Origin: Bdellovibrionales bacterium
Lineage (GTDB): Bacteria; Bdellovibrionota; Bdellovibrionia; Bdellovibrionales; JAGQZY01
Assembly: GCA_964230555.1 (NCBI GenBank)
Contig: CAXRIX010000169.1
Location: 862-64,861 of the forward strand
Reading direction: 5' to 3'
DNA length: 64,000 bases
The notes under the pieces were generated by a model that was not told the origin of the DNA, did not search any database, and saw only the letters and a program-made list of their open reading frames with translations. This document shows, piece after piece, positions 55,111-64,000 of the stretch. The position numbers were made by a program, and so were the translations under genes. The first letter of the stretch is position 1. Every line of letters begins with the position of its first letter.

Positions 55111-56685
55111 GTGGAAAATGTATTTTCGAATCTGAGCCGAATGATCGAACAAGTAGGTAAAGACAAGGGAATTGACAGGGACCTTATTATTGACGCTGTT
55201 AAACAGGGGATGTTGGTTGCTGCTCGCAAAGTTTATGGAACCTATCGTGACATCGAAGCCACTTATAATGAAGAGTCGGGTGAGGTTGAATTGTATCAGT
55301 TCAACGAAGTCGTTTCTGACGAGGAGTTTGAGGACGAAGAGATTGAGATCACTTTGGATCAAGCCCGTGAACTCGACCCTGACGCTCAATTGCACGACTC
55401 AATTGGTATCAAATTAGACACCTCGGACCTGGGGCGAATTGCTGCTCAAACGGCCAAGCAAATCATTATGCAAAAAGTGCGTGATGCTGAAAGAGAAATT
55501 ATCTTTAATGAATTTGAAAGCCGAAAAGGTGAGATCGCCTCGGGCATTATCCGTCGCATCGAGCGCGGCACCATCGTTGTTGATTTAGGACGAACGGAAG
55601 CCATCATTCCTTATCGTGAGCAGATTCCTGGTGAACACTTCAAACCGGGTGATCGTATTCAGGGGCACCTTTTGGATGTTCGACAAACCACTCGTGGGCC
55701 ACAGATTGTAATGTCGAGAGCCCACGCTGACTATATGGTTAAACTTTTTGAAATCGAAGTTCCCGAAATCTACGATGGCATTGTGCAAATCATGGCCGCT
55801 GCTCGTGAGCCCGGACAGCGTGCAAAGATTGCTGTCGACAGTAAAGACTCTGCAGTTGATGCGGTCGGTGCCTGTGTTGGAATGAAGGGCTCCCGTGTGC
55901 AGAATGTGGTGCAAGAGTTAAAAGGTGAAAAAATTGACATCGTTGAATGGGATGAAGACATCACTCGATTTGCTTGTAACGCTTTGGCGCCCGCCGAAAT
56001 TTCCCGTGTCTTCTTAGATGAAGCCAACAAAGAAATGGAAATTGTGGTGCCTGATAGCCAGTTGAGTTTGGCAATTGGTAAAAGAGGTGTGAATGTTCGC
56101 TTGGCCGCCAAACTTACCGGTTGGAAAATTGACATCATGTCTGAAGCCAATGCCTCGGCACGAACCGCTGAGTCGATTTTCAACTTGATGTTGATGCCGA
56201 ATATGACCGACACAATGGCACAAAGTATTTTCCAAAGTGGTTTTGGATCATTTCAATCGATTGCTGAGGCCGATGTGGCCGATATTCTTTTGATTCCTGG
56301 TTATGACGATGAGGAAAAAGCAGCGTCACTTATTCAGGAAGCCAAAGACTTGTTACAAAAGTACCAAGATGAAGGTAAAGAGATCCCACAAGCTCCAGTA
56401 GCTGAGGCGGCGCCTTCCACAGGATCGGATGCAAAAAGTCAGGCCGATCAAATGCTAAAAGCTCAAATGGCTGCCTTGACAGCGGATGAGTCGGGAGCAG
56501 CGTCTGCGGTCACTGAACCTGAAGACTCAGAAGCTGAAGCTGTTGAGGCTCAAGATGAATCAAAAATGGATGATGAAAATGTAGAGGCTTCGGCGGCAGA
56601 AAGCACTGATGATGCTGCCACAGAAGAGGAAGCCAAAGAACAACCTTCGACAGAAAATAACAGCGAAGAAAAAAACGACGATTAA
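55111..56685 (+). CDS. nusA: Transcription termination/antitermination factor NusA with a long acidic C-terminal tail
   Basis: S1 and KH regions are present (GEIASGIIRRIERGTIVVDLG, IGACVGMKGSRVQNVVQEL, LAIGKRGVNVRLAAKLTGWKIDI). The last ~70 aa are D/E/A-rich. Confidence 0.95.
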   Translation: MENVFSNLSRMIEQVGKDKGIDRDLIIDAVKQGMLVAARKVYGTYRDIEATYNEESGEVELYQFNEVVSDEEFEDEEIEITLDQARELDPDAQLHDSIGIKLDTSDLGRIAAQTAKQIIMQKVRDAEREIIFNEFESRKGEIASGIIRRIERGTIVVDLGRTEAIIPYREQIPGEHFKPGDRIQGHLLDVRQTTRGPQIVMSRAHADYMVKLFEIEVPEIYDGIVQIMAAAREPGQRAKIAVDSKDSAVDAVGACVGMKGSRVQNVVQELKGEKIDIVEWDEDITRFACNALAPAEISRVFLDEANKEMEIVVPDSQLSLAIGKRGVNVRLAAKLTGWKIDIMSEANASARTAESIFNLMLMPNMTDTMAQSIFQSGFGSFQSIAEADVADILLIPGYDDEEKAASLIQEAKDLLQKYQDEGKEIPQAPVAEAAPSTGSDAKSQADQMLKAQMAALTADESGAASAVTEPEDSEAEAVEAQDESKMDDENVEASAAESTDDAATEEEAKEQPSTENNSEEKNDD

Positions 56686-56698
56686 GAGGGAGTAAGAT

Positions 56699-59446
56699 TT
56701 GGATCAACCCAAAGTTTATGAATTTGCCAAAGAGATTGGTATCGAGACATTGGTTCTTATGGACAAGATCCGTAAGTGGGACCTTCCCATTAAGAGTCAT
56801 ATGGCTGAGCTCAGTCCTGCTGACATGGAGCAGATTCGTGCAAAATTAGACGAAGAATCCAGTGGTGGTAAAAAGAAGAAAAAGAAAACCACAAAGAAAA
56901 AGGCTGCAAAGAAGAAAACGGCAAAGAAAAAAACCGCCAAGAAAAAGACGACTAAAAAAGCGACAACGAAAAAAGCAGCCACAAAAGCGTCGACCACTAA
57001 AAAGACGACCAAAAAGAAAAAAACAGTCATTCGTCGTAAGAAAGCCGAAGCTCCAAAAGAAGAGCCGAAGCAAGAGAAAGTAGCCGCCGCTCCTGAGGAG
57101 GCGCCGGAAACCAAGCCGGTGACGCCAGCAGCTCCTGAAAAAGTTGCTGAAACAACACCTCCAGTTCAAGCCAAAGCTGAAGAAACGGCTGCTGCTCCGG
57201 TTGAAGCCAAAGAGACCAAAGAATCAAAAGAAACGGCAACGGAAGATTCGTCGTCGGGTGCCCCTTCGGCTCGCAAGCGCGAAGTTAAAATGACTGAGGG
57301 TGGACCAGTGAGTGGCGTGAAATCTGAGCGTCCACGACGAAACATTGTTGGGAAAATGGATCTCAGCAAGGTCGAACAGAAGCGTGACAATAACAGACCT
57401 CAGAAGACCAGCACTCGTAACATACGCCCCGGGTTTGTAGCGGCTAATCAGCCGATGCAACCGACGCCGGATGATTCCGATCGTTTTAGTGGGCGTAAAG
57501 ATAAAGATAAAAGAAAGCGCGTGGTCAATGTTCCGGGTCCTTCAAAGAAAGACCAAGAGCAGGCACCACCATCATTTGTTTCATCCGAATTCAAGAAACG
57601 GGAGGTTGTTTTTCAACCTAAAAAGAAAAAAATTGCAGCCAATCCAGCCGAAATGAAGAAAACTGAAATCACCACTCCAAAAGCTCATAAACGGGTTGTT
57701 AAAGTCTATGGCACTATGAAAGTGACCGACTTGGCGGACGAGTTGGGGATCAAGGCACCACAATTGATTAAGACTTTAATGAAAAGTGGTGTGATGGCGA
57801 ATATGAATACGGAATTGGATTTCGATACCATTTCATTGATTGCTCCAGAATTTGATCATGAAGCCGAGAACATTCAAAAATCTGATAACGAGTTGGTAGA
57901 AGCCGCCGCCTTTGGTGAGTTGGACGCTGAGCCCATCCCTCGTTCGCCGATTGTCACAGTCATGGGGCACGTCGATCACGGTAAAACAACTCTGTTGGAT
58001 ACGATTCGAAAAGCGCGAGTGGCCGAAGGTGAAGCCGGTGGAATCACCCAACACGTTGGTGCGTATCGAGTGAAAACATCCATCGGTGAGTGCACGTTTA
58101 TCGATACTCCCGGGCACGAAGCTTTCACAGCGATGCGAGCTCGTGGGGCCTCTTCAACAGATATCGTAATTCTTGTTGTTTCGGCCGACGATGGAGTTAT
58201 GCCGCAAACTATTGAAGCCATCAGCCATTCGAAAGCGGCTGGAGTTCCAATTATTGTAGCGATGAATAAAATGGATAAAGCGGGAGCCAATCCCGACAAA
58301 ATCAAACAACAGTTGGCAGAGCATGAGCTTGTGCCAGAGGACTGGGGTGGCGACACCATGTGTGTGCCGGTGTCAGCTTTGAAAAACGAAGGTGTGGATG
58401 AGCTTTTAGATCAGGTTTCTGTGATGGCTGAAGTCCTAGAATTGAAAGGCAACCCAAAACGTTCGGCTACTGGTATTGTGGTTGAAAGTCGCGTCGAAGT
58501 GGGTAAAGGAAACGTGGCCACACTCTTGGTGCGCGACGGAACCTTAGAGGCTGGTCAAAACGTTGTGATCGGTGAGATTTCTTGCCGTGTCCGTCAGCTT
58601 TTTAATGAAGCGGGAGTCAAAATTGATTCTGCAGGACCTTCTCACCCAGTGGAAGTTATTGGTTTGCCAGACTCTCCCAAGGCTGGAGATCCATTTGATG
58701 CTTGTAAAGATGAAAAAACGGCCGAGCGGGTCGCCGAGCAAAGGCGAGAAGCCCGACGCATCGAGCAGGTTGAAGCCCAACAGGCGCCAAAGAACCTTGA
58801 GGACCTTTTCTCTAAGGTTAAAGCTGGCGATATGAAAGAGCTTCCGGTTGTTCTGAAAACCGATGTGGCTGGAACCGGTGAAGCGATTCGAGGCATGTTT
58901 GATAAAATTTCGACTGACGAGGTGAAGATTAAAGTGATTCACCATGGTGTTGGTGGAATCAGTGAGTCCGACGTGCTTTTAGCGGCGACAGCCGGTGGAA
59001 TTATTATTGGATTTAACACGCGCCCGGATAATTCGGCGCGAGCCGCCTCCCGTGAGCGCGGTATTGAAATCAAGACACATTCCATTGTTTACAAACTAAT
59101 GGATGAGATGAAAGCAGCGATGGCCGGACTTCTTGATCCTGATTTGGTCGAGAAAGCCATGGGTCGTGCCGAAGTCCGCGACACCTTCAGTGTTCCGAAA
59201 ATTGGAACCATTGCCGGGTCGTTTGTGGTTGATGGAAAAATCACCCGCAACTCACTGTTACGTTTGGTTCGTGATGGCACCGTGATTTACACAGGAAAAA
59301 TAAGCAGCTTGAAACGTTTCAAAGATGACGCCAAAGAAGTCGCCTCCGGGTACGAATGCGGTATCGGAATTGAAAACTTCAATGACATCAAAGTGGGTGA
59401 TGAAATTGAAGCCTATATTGAAGAAGAAGTGGCACGGGAACTTTAG
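56699..59446 (+). CDS. infB: Translation initiation factor IF-2
   Basis: TTG start. G-domain motifs GHVDHGKTTLLD, DTPGHEAF and NKMD are present, with a Lys/Thr/Ala-rich N-terminal region. Confidence 0.95.
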   Translation: MDQPKVYEFAKEIGIETLVLMDKIRKWDLPIKSHMAELSPADMEQIRAKLDEESSGGKKKKKKTTKKKAAKKKTAKKKTAKKKTTKKATTKKAATKASTTKKTTKKKKTVIRRKKAEAPKEEPKQEKVAAAPEEAPETKPVTPAAPEKVAETTPPVQAKAEETAAAPVEAKETKESKETATEDSSSGAPSARKREVKMTEGGPVSGVKSERPRRNIVGKMDLSKVEQKRDNNRPQKTSTRNIRPGFVAANQPMQPTPDDSDRFSGRKDKDKRKRVVNVPGPSKKDQEQAPPSFVSSEFKKREVVFQPKKKKIAANPAEMKKTEITTPKAHKRVVKVYGTMKVTDLADELGIKAPQLIKTLMKSGVMANMNTELDFDTISLIAPEFDHEAENIQKSDNELVEAAAFGELDAEPIPRSPIVTVMGHVDHGKTTLLDTIRKARVAEGEAGGITQHVGAYRVKTSIGECTFIDTPGHEAFTAMRARGASSTDIVILVVSADDGVMPQTIEAISHSKAAGVPIIVAMNKMDKAGANPDKIKQQLAEHELVPEDWGGDTMCVPVSALKNEGVDELLDQVSVMAEVLELKGNPKRSATGIVVESRVEVGKGNVATLLVRDGTLEAGQNVVIGEISCRVRQLFNEAGVKIDSAGPSHPVEVIGLPDSPKAGDPFDACKDEKTAERVAEQRREARRIEQVEAQQAPKNLEDLFSKVKAGDMKELPVVLKTDVAGTGEAIRGMFDKISTDEVKIKVIHHGVGGISESDVLLAATAGGIIIGFNTRPDNSARAASRERGIEIKTHSIVYKLMDEMKAAMAGLLDPDLVEKAMGRAEVRDTFSVPKIGTIAGSFVVDGKITRNSLLRLVRDGTVIYTGKISSLKRFKDDAKEVASGYECGIGIENFNDIKVGDEIEAYIEEEVAREL

Positions 59447-59465
59447 TTTCCCGTCACGCTTTTTT
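59434..59465 (+). terminator. Hairpin plus T-run at the infB 3' end (terminator/attenuator candidate)
   Basis: ACGGGAA-N7-TTCCCGT (7-bp stem) spans the infB stop codon. CACGC and T6 follow. Confidence 0.35.
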
Positions 59466-59489
59466 GGATGAAACCTTAGGAAGTTGTTT

Positions 59490-59840
59490 ATGTCAGAAAA
59501 AAGCAGACGTCTGCAAAGAGCTGAAAAAGAAATTCGTGAAGTGATTTCCACTTATTTAATCCAAAAGCAGTCGGGGTCGAGCTCTGAACTTGTATCCTTA
59601 ACACAAGTGGTGGTGAGTCCTGACTTACGCCACGTTAAAGCCTTTGTTTGCGTTTTGGGAAAAGATGAAGTGGATGCAGACACTTTAGAAGCCTTGCAAT
59701 CTCACGCACCTGAAATTCAGGATCTTTTTAATCGTCGATTTCGCATGAAATTCTGCCCGAAAGTTAAGTTTTTTAACGATGAAGGCGTGAAGATGATGGC
59801 TAAAATCGACGCCATTAGTGAAGAGAAATCAAACTCGTAA
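59490..59840 (+). CDS. rbfA: Ribosome-binding factor A
   Basis: MSEKSRRLQRAEKEIREVIS...VTLTQVVVSPDLRHVKAFV. ATG 59490 lies 6 nt after AGGAAG. Confidence 0.9.
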   Translation: MSEKSRRLQRAEKEIREVISTYLIQKQSGSSSELVSLTQVVVSPDLRHVKAFVCVLGKDEVDADTLEALQSHAPEIQDLFNRRFRMKFCPKVKFFNDEGVKMMAKIDAISEEKSNS

Positions 59841-60757
59841 TGGAAAGTGGACTCCTCCTTGTTAATAAGCCGGAAGGACTGACCAGCCACGACGTGGTCG
59901 GGCGCTGTCGTCGGTTTTTACAACGTAAAGATATAGGTCACGCCGGCACCTTGGATCCGATGGCGACCGGGCTGCTGGTGCTTTTGGTTGGCAAAGCCAC
60001 CAAGCTCTCAGACTTTATTCTCAATGGCGATAAGGCCTACGCCACCACGGTACGGTTAGGTGTGGAAACTGACACCGATGATATCACCGGCGAAGTGGTC
60101 GCGAAAAAAGATCCCTCATTTTTAGATCCACAGGATGTCAAAGAGGCGGCGTTGTCATTGAGCGGTCAATTGGAGCTTCCGGTCCCAATATACTCGGCGA
60201 TCAAAGTAAAAGGTAAAAAACTCTATGAAAAGGCCCGCAAAGGAGAAGACTTTAAGCCTCCGATGCGATCCATGACTTTTGAAAATTTGATTGTTGAAAC
60301 TGTGGCCTCCGATCGGGTGCAGGTTCAGTTTTCTTGTACAAAAGGCGCTTATGTCCGCGCCTGGGGCAAGGCTCTTGGACAAAAGCTTAAGGTTGGAGCG
60401 ACGCTTGAAGCTTTGCATCGAACCCATTCAAGCCCCTATTCAGTGAGTGATGCGATGGCTTTGGATGCTATTTTGGAATCGGTGCCCGAAGACTTGGCCA
60501 CCTCCACCGCCTGGGTGCCATTAAAAAAGACTTTGCCTGATTGGCCAGTCATCAAAGTCACTGGTTACGATGAAAAGCTGATCTCCAATGGACAAATTCC
60601 TCGTAAATTAGAGAGGTTTCTAGAGCTCGAATATGGAGGGATGAACCCTTTACAGGGCATTAAAGTGCTGAGTCGACGCTCAGGAGAGCTTATATCACTC
60701 CTCAGCCACGAGCCCCCCTTGGGCTTCAAAATTCGCCGGGTTTTCCCCAATCAGTGA
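59840..60757 (+). CDS. truB: tRNA pseudouridine(55) synthase TruB
   Basis: GLLLVNKPEGLTSHDVV and GHAGTLDPMATGLLVLLVG (catalytic Asp). Confidence 0.95.
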   Translation: MESGLLLVNKPEGLTSHDVVGRCRRFLQRKDIGHAGTLDPMATGLLVLLVGKATKLSDFILNGDKAYATTVRLGVETDTDDITGEVVAKKDPSFLDPQDVKEAALSLSGQLELPVPIYSAIKVKGKKLYEKARKGEDFKPPMRSMTFENLIVETVASDRVQVQFSCTKGAYVRAWGKALGQKLKVGATLEALHRTHSSPYSVSDAMALDAILESVPEDLATSTAWVPLKKTLPDWPVIKVTGYDEKLISNGQIPRKLERFLELEYGGMNPLQGIKVLSRRSGELISLLSHEPPLGFKIRRVFPNQ

Positions 60758-60786
60758 TTGACGAATTGCAGTCATTCCCATAATTT
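60758..60786 (+). promoter_or_regulatory. Sigma-70-type promoter candidate for rpsO
   Basis: TTGACG-17 nt-TAATTT, starting immediately after the truB stop and ~80 nt upstream of rpsO. Confidence 0.4.
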
Positions 60787-60868
60787 AGCGCCTTAACAAG
60801 ACTTCAGATCACGAGCCGCCATTAGCACGGATTATGAGGTTTTCTTAGACTCTAAAAAGGAGAGGATA

Positions 60869-61138
60869 ATGGCTATATTACAGTCGCAAAAACAAGAGAT
60901 CATCAAAAACTTTCAACACAAAGAATTGGATACCGGAAGCTCGCAAGTTCAAATTGCTTTGCTTACTTATCGAATCATGGATTTGACTGAGCATTTCAAA
61001 ATCCACAAGAAAGACCGTCACGGTCAACGTGGGTTGGTAAAGTTGGTTAACAAAAGAAGAAAGCTTCTTGATTACCTCAAGAAAAAAGATCTTGATGGTT
61101 ACACCAAACTTATCGAACAATTGAATATCAGAAAATAA
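60869..61138 (+). CDS. rpsO: 30S ribosomal protein S15
   Basis: [50 protein letters not shown], 89 aa. A GGAGAGG RBS is present. Confidence 0.95.
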   Translation: MAILQSQKQEIIKNFQHKELDTGSSQVQIALLTYRIMDLTEHFKIHKKDRHGQRGLVKLVNKRRKLLDYLKKKDLDGYTKLIEQLNIRK

Positions 61139-61183
61139 TAGTAAGAAGAAAAAGAAAAGAAATAATAAAACAGAGAGGTTTGA

Positions 61184-63280
61184 ATGAAACAAACAGTCAC
61201 CATGACCGTGGGCAGCCAGGCCATTGAAATTGAAACAGGGCGCATGGCAAAACAAGCCGATGGATCAGTAATTGTGACGGCGGGGAACAACACTGTCCTC
61301 GTAACAGTGGTATCCTCAAAAAGAGATTCAGACATGGATTTCTTCCCACTCACCGTTGAATATGCAGAAAAAATGTACGCCTCAGGTAAAATCCCTGGTG
61401 GTTTTTTCAAGCGAGAAGGCCGCCCAACGGGTGATGCCACTTTGAACGCTCGTCTTATCGATCGTCCGTTGCGACCCACTTTTCCAGCCGGTTACAACAA
61501 AGACACCCAGGTGGTGGCGACAATTTTATCCTACGATGGAACTTTTCCGGTTGAAATCCTTGCAAGCATTGGAGCATCTTGCGCCACTCACATTAGTGAT
61601 GTTCCCTTCAACGGTCCAACGGCTGCTGTTATGGTTGGTCGTGTTGATGGTCAATATGTAGCCAATCCCAGTCCCGAACAATTAGAAAATTCTGAAATCG
61701 AAATTATCGTGGCGGGAACACGCAATGGTATTTTGATGGTGGAAGGTGAAGCCCAGCTCGTTGCAGAAGACGTGATGCTCGGAGCCCTTAAGTTTGCCCA
61801 CGAGCAGATGAAGCCTATCTTTGATGCTCAAGATGAGTTGCGTGAAAAAACAGGTAACCGTCCTAAGCGTGAGTTTGTTCCTTACGAAGTGAATTCTGAC
61901 TTCCGTGCGAAAGTGACTGATTTTGCGAAACCTAAAATTGCCGATGCTTTAGGAACAACAGACAAAGGTGAGCGTTACAACAAGTACGAAGCTATTAAAA
62001 AAGAAGCCAGTGAAATGTTTGTCGACACCATTGAGCCCAAAGATGAGAGAGAGGCCCGTAAAAAAGACCTTGGTCTTATTATTGGTGACCTTAAATATGA
62101 CATTGCTCGTTCAAATATTTTAGAAAAAGAAGAGCGCATCGACGGTCGAGCTCTTAACAAAGTTCGTGATATCGCTTGTGAAGTGGGTATTCTTCCTCGT
62201 GCTCACGGCTCTGGTCTTTTTACACGTGGTGAAACTCAGGTATTGGGTGCCATCACTTTGGGAACTCCTGACGATGAGCAAACCATCGATAGCTTAGCGG
62301 CCTCTTACAAAAAGAGCTTCTACTTGCATTACAATTTCCCTCCGTATTGTGTGGGCGAAACCGGTCGCATGGGAGGTCAATCCCGTCGTGAAATTGGTCA
62401 CGGAAACTTGGCCGAGCGAGCCCTTAAAGTTGTGTTACCTGATCACGATAAATTTCCTTATACCATTCGTATGGTGGGTGAGGTTCTTGAGTCCAATGGA
62501 TCGTCCTCGATGGGAACAGTCTGTGGCGGAACCCTTGCTATGCTTGATGCCGGTGTGCCTTTAAAAGGTAATGTAGCTGGTGTGGCCATGGGATTGATTT
62601 CTGATGGTTCAAAAACGAAGGTCCTTACAGATATTTTAGGTGATGAAGATCACTTAGGAGACATGGACTTTAAAGTGGCTGGTACACGTGAAGGTATTTC
62701 GGCTATTCAAATGGATATTAAAATTGATTCCATTACTTTTGATGTTATGGAGCAGGCTTTGACTCAAGCCAAAGATGGCCGTCTATTCATCCTCGATGAA
62801 ATGGAAAAGGTTATGGATAAGCCACGTGGTGAAATTTCTGAATTTGCACCTCGTATCGAGACCATTAAAGTGAAGCCTGAAAAAGTCCGTGAAGTCATTG
62901 GTGCTGGTGGTAAAACCATCAAGGGTATCATTGAAGAGACGGGTGTTAAAATTAACATCGAAGACGACGGCAGCATCCACATCGCATCCACCGACCCTGA
63001 AGCCACTAAAAAGGCGATCGCTATGATCGAAGGGATTTGTGCTGAGGCCGAAATGGGTGCCACTTACAAAGGTAAAGTCGTTAAGATCGTTGATTTCGGT
63101 GCCTTTGTTGAAGTGTTGCCAAACACTCAAGGTCTTCTGCATATTTCAGAAGTGTCCAATGAGCGTATTCGTAACGTTAGTGACCATCTCTCTGAAGGCG
63201 ACGAAATCGATGTCAAAGTTATTGATATTGATCGTGCCGGTCGAATTAAACTTTCTCGTAAAGCATTGCTTGATAACTAA
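61184..63280 (+). CDS. pnp: Polyribonucleotide nucleotidyltransferase (PNPase)
   Basis: Two RNase PH domains (GRMAKQADGSV; SRREIGHGNLAERAL), a KH domain (IGAGGKTIKGI) and an S1 domain (GKVVKIVDFGAFVEV). Confidence 0.95.
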   Translation: MKQTVTMTVGSQAIEIETGRMAKQADGSVIVTAGNNTVLVTVVSSKRDSDMDFFPLTVEYAEKMYASGKIPGGFFKREGRPTGDATLNARLIDRPLRPTFPAGYNKDTQVVATILSYDGTFPVEILASIGASCATHISDVPFNGPTAAVMVGRVDGQYVANPSPEQLENSEIEIIVAGTRNGILMVEGEAQLVAEDVMLGALKFAHEQMKPIFDAQDELREKTGNRPKREFVPYEVNSDFRAKVTDFAKPKIADALGTTDKGERYNKYEAIKKEASEMFVDTIEPKDEREARKKDLGLIIGDLKYDIARSNILEKEERIDGRALNKVRDIACEVGILPRAHGSGLFTRGETQVLGAITLGTPDDEQTIDSLAASYKKSFYLHYNFPPYCVGETGRMGGQSRREIGHGNLAERALKVVLPDHDKFPYTIRMVGEVLESNGSSSMGTVCGGTLAMLDAGVPLKGNVAGVAMGLISDGSKTKVLTDILGDEDHLGDMDFKVAGTREGISAIQMDIKIDSITFDVMEQALTQAKDGRLFILDEMEKVMDKPRGEISEFAPRIETIKVKPEKVREVIGAGGKTIKGIIEETGVKINIEDDGSIHIASTDPEATKKAIAMIEGICAEAEMGATYKGKVVKIVDFGAFVEVLPNTQGLLHISEVSNERIRNVSDHLSEGDEIDVKVIDIDRAGRIKLSRKALLDN

Positions 63281-64000
63281 TGAAGTTTAAAAAAAGTGTG
63301 CTTGAAAATGGTGTTCGGGTCTTGTCCGAGCACCATTCTGACTCGCGCTGTGTGGTCACAGGTTTTTGGGTGGCCTCGGGCGCTCGCTTTGAAATCCCCA
63401 GACAAATTGGAATCTCTCATCTTTTGGAGCACATGGTCTTTAAAAGGACCGAAAAGTACAATGCTTTAGAACTGGCTATGCGTATGGAAGCCAAGGGTGG
63501 AGATATCAATGCATTCACAGCACGTGAGCACACTTGTTTTCATACGACGTCTTTAAAAGAAGACCTGGATCTAAGTATCGATGTTCTTTCTCAGTTGATT
63601 GCCTTTGCCAAATTCGACGAGGGGGAATTTATCCGCGAAAAAGGTGTTGTTGAACAAGAGATCCTGATGGCTGCTGATGATCTGGAAGAGTATGTTTACG
63701 ACCTTTACTATGAAAAAATATTTCCCAATAACGGTTTGGGCTATCCTATTTTAGGAACACAAGAGTCTGTCGGCGCCTTAACCATTCCAGATTTACAAGC
63801 CTACTATGATCTTCACTTTCATCCCAGTAACATCATAATAACAGCCGCTGGATGTGTGGATCATGACGAGTTGGTGAAAAGTGTCGAAGACCATTTGGCC
63901 GCCAAAAGTTGGAAAGCGCCGCAGGCGAAACCAGCTTTGGTAACGCCGCCAAAAACAGTGATCAATGACTTTTATCAAAAAGATTGTGAGCAGTTTCATC
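63280..64000 (+). CDS. M16 family (pitrilysin-like) zinc peptidase, 3' partial at the window edge
   Basis: Not in the ORF track because no stop is reached. The ATG overlaps the pnp stop (TAATG). The translation reads MKFKKSVLENGVRVLSEH...GISHLLEHMVFK (HxxEH) ...EQEI. Confidence 0.85.
   Translation, partial: MKFKKSVLENGVRVLSEHHSDSRCVVTGFWVASGARFEIPRQIGISHLLEHMVFKRTEKYNALELAMRMEAKGGDINAFTAREHTCFHTTSLKEDLDLSIDVLSQLIAFAKFDEGEFIREKGVVEQEILMAADDLEEYVYDLYYEKIFPNNGLGYPILGTQESVGALTIPDLQAYYDLHFHPSNIIITAAGCVDHDELVKSVEDHLAAKSWKAPQAKPALVTPPKTVINDFYQKDCEQFH

Noticed and set aside
54356-63280. rimP-nusA-infB-rbfA-truB-rpsO-pnp array as something unusual
   Set aside because: This is the classical conserved gene order known from E. 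coli and many other bacteria, so it is an ordinary core region.

Overview
This 64 kb window reads as mostly core chromosome from a moderately AT-rich Gram-negative bacterium. The gene content (many secreted S8/S1 proteases, a phage-fibre-like surface protein, a TamB/Omp85 pair) suggests a Bdellovibrio-like predator, but that is inference only. All product calls come from motifs read in the supplied translations; no homology search was run. Coding density is high.

Recognisable blocks:
- ppsR-nusB-nrdR (minus strand)
- a hypothetical-TamB-Omp85 operon
- efp
- ruvCAB-lpxC
- ald
- a two-ORF comEC, plus dprA
- lptF/G-kdsA
- trxA
- mreC-mreD-mrdA-rodA
- a ppiD-like gene
- lemA with an M48 peptidase
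- an OmpA-family lipoprotein
- tRNA-Leu(CAA)
- the classical rimP-nusA-infB-rbfA-truB-rpsO-pnp array, followed by an M16 peptidase cut by the window edge

No CRISPR array, transposase, integrase or recognisable defence system was seen.

Observations most worth a second look:
1. A secreted subtilase (43618..45471) whose C-terminus continues through one transmembrane helix into a cytoplasmic PilZ-like (c-di-GMP receptor) domain.
2. A 590-bp divergent intergenic region (51583..52173). It holds 61-bp tandem repeats with an inverted third copy that forms a ~120-nt rod-like hairpin, followed by about 10 perfect copies of a heptanucleotide and a 14-mer repeat.
3. A 5'-truncated tail-fibre-like protein with a peptidase S74 self-cleaving chaperone domain and a relic second junction.
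4. A REC-DUF4388-J-domain-TPR protein.
5. Tandem membrane-anchored paralogs sitting between secreted proteases.
6. FliA-type promoter-like motifs shared by fliL and the subtilase-PilZ gene.
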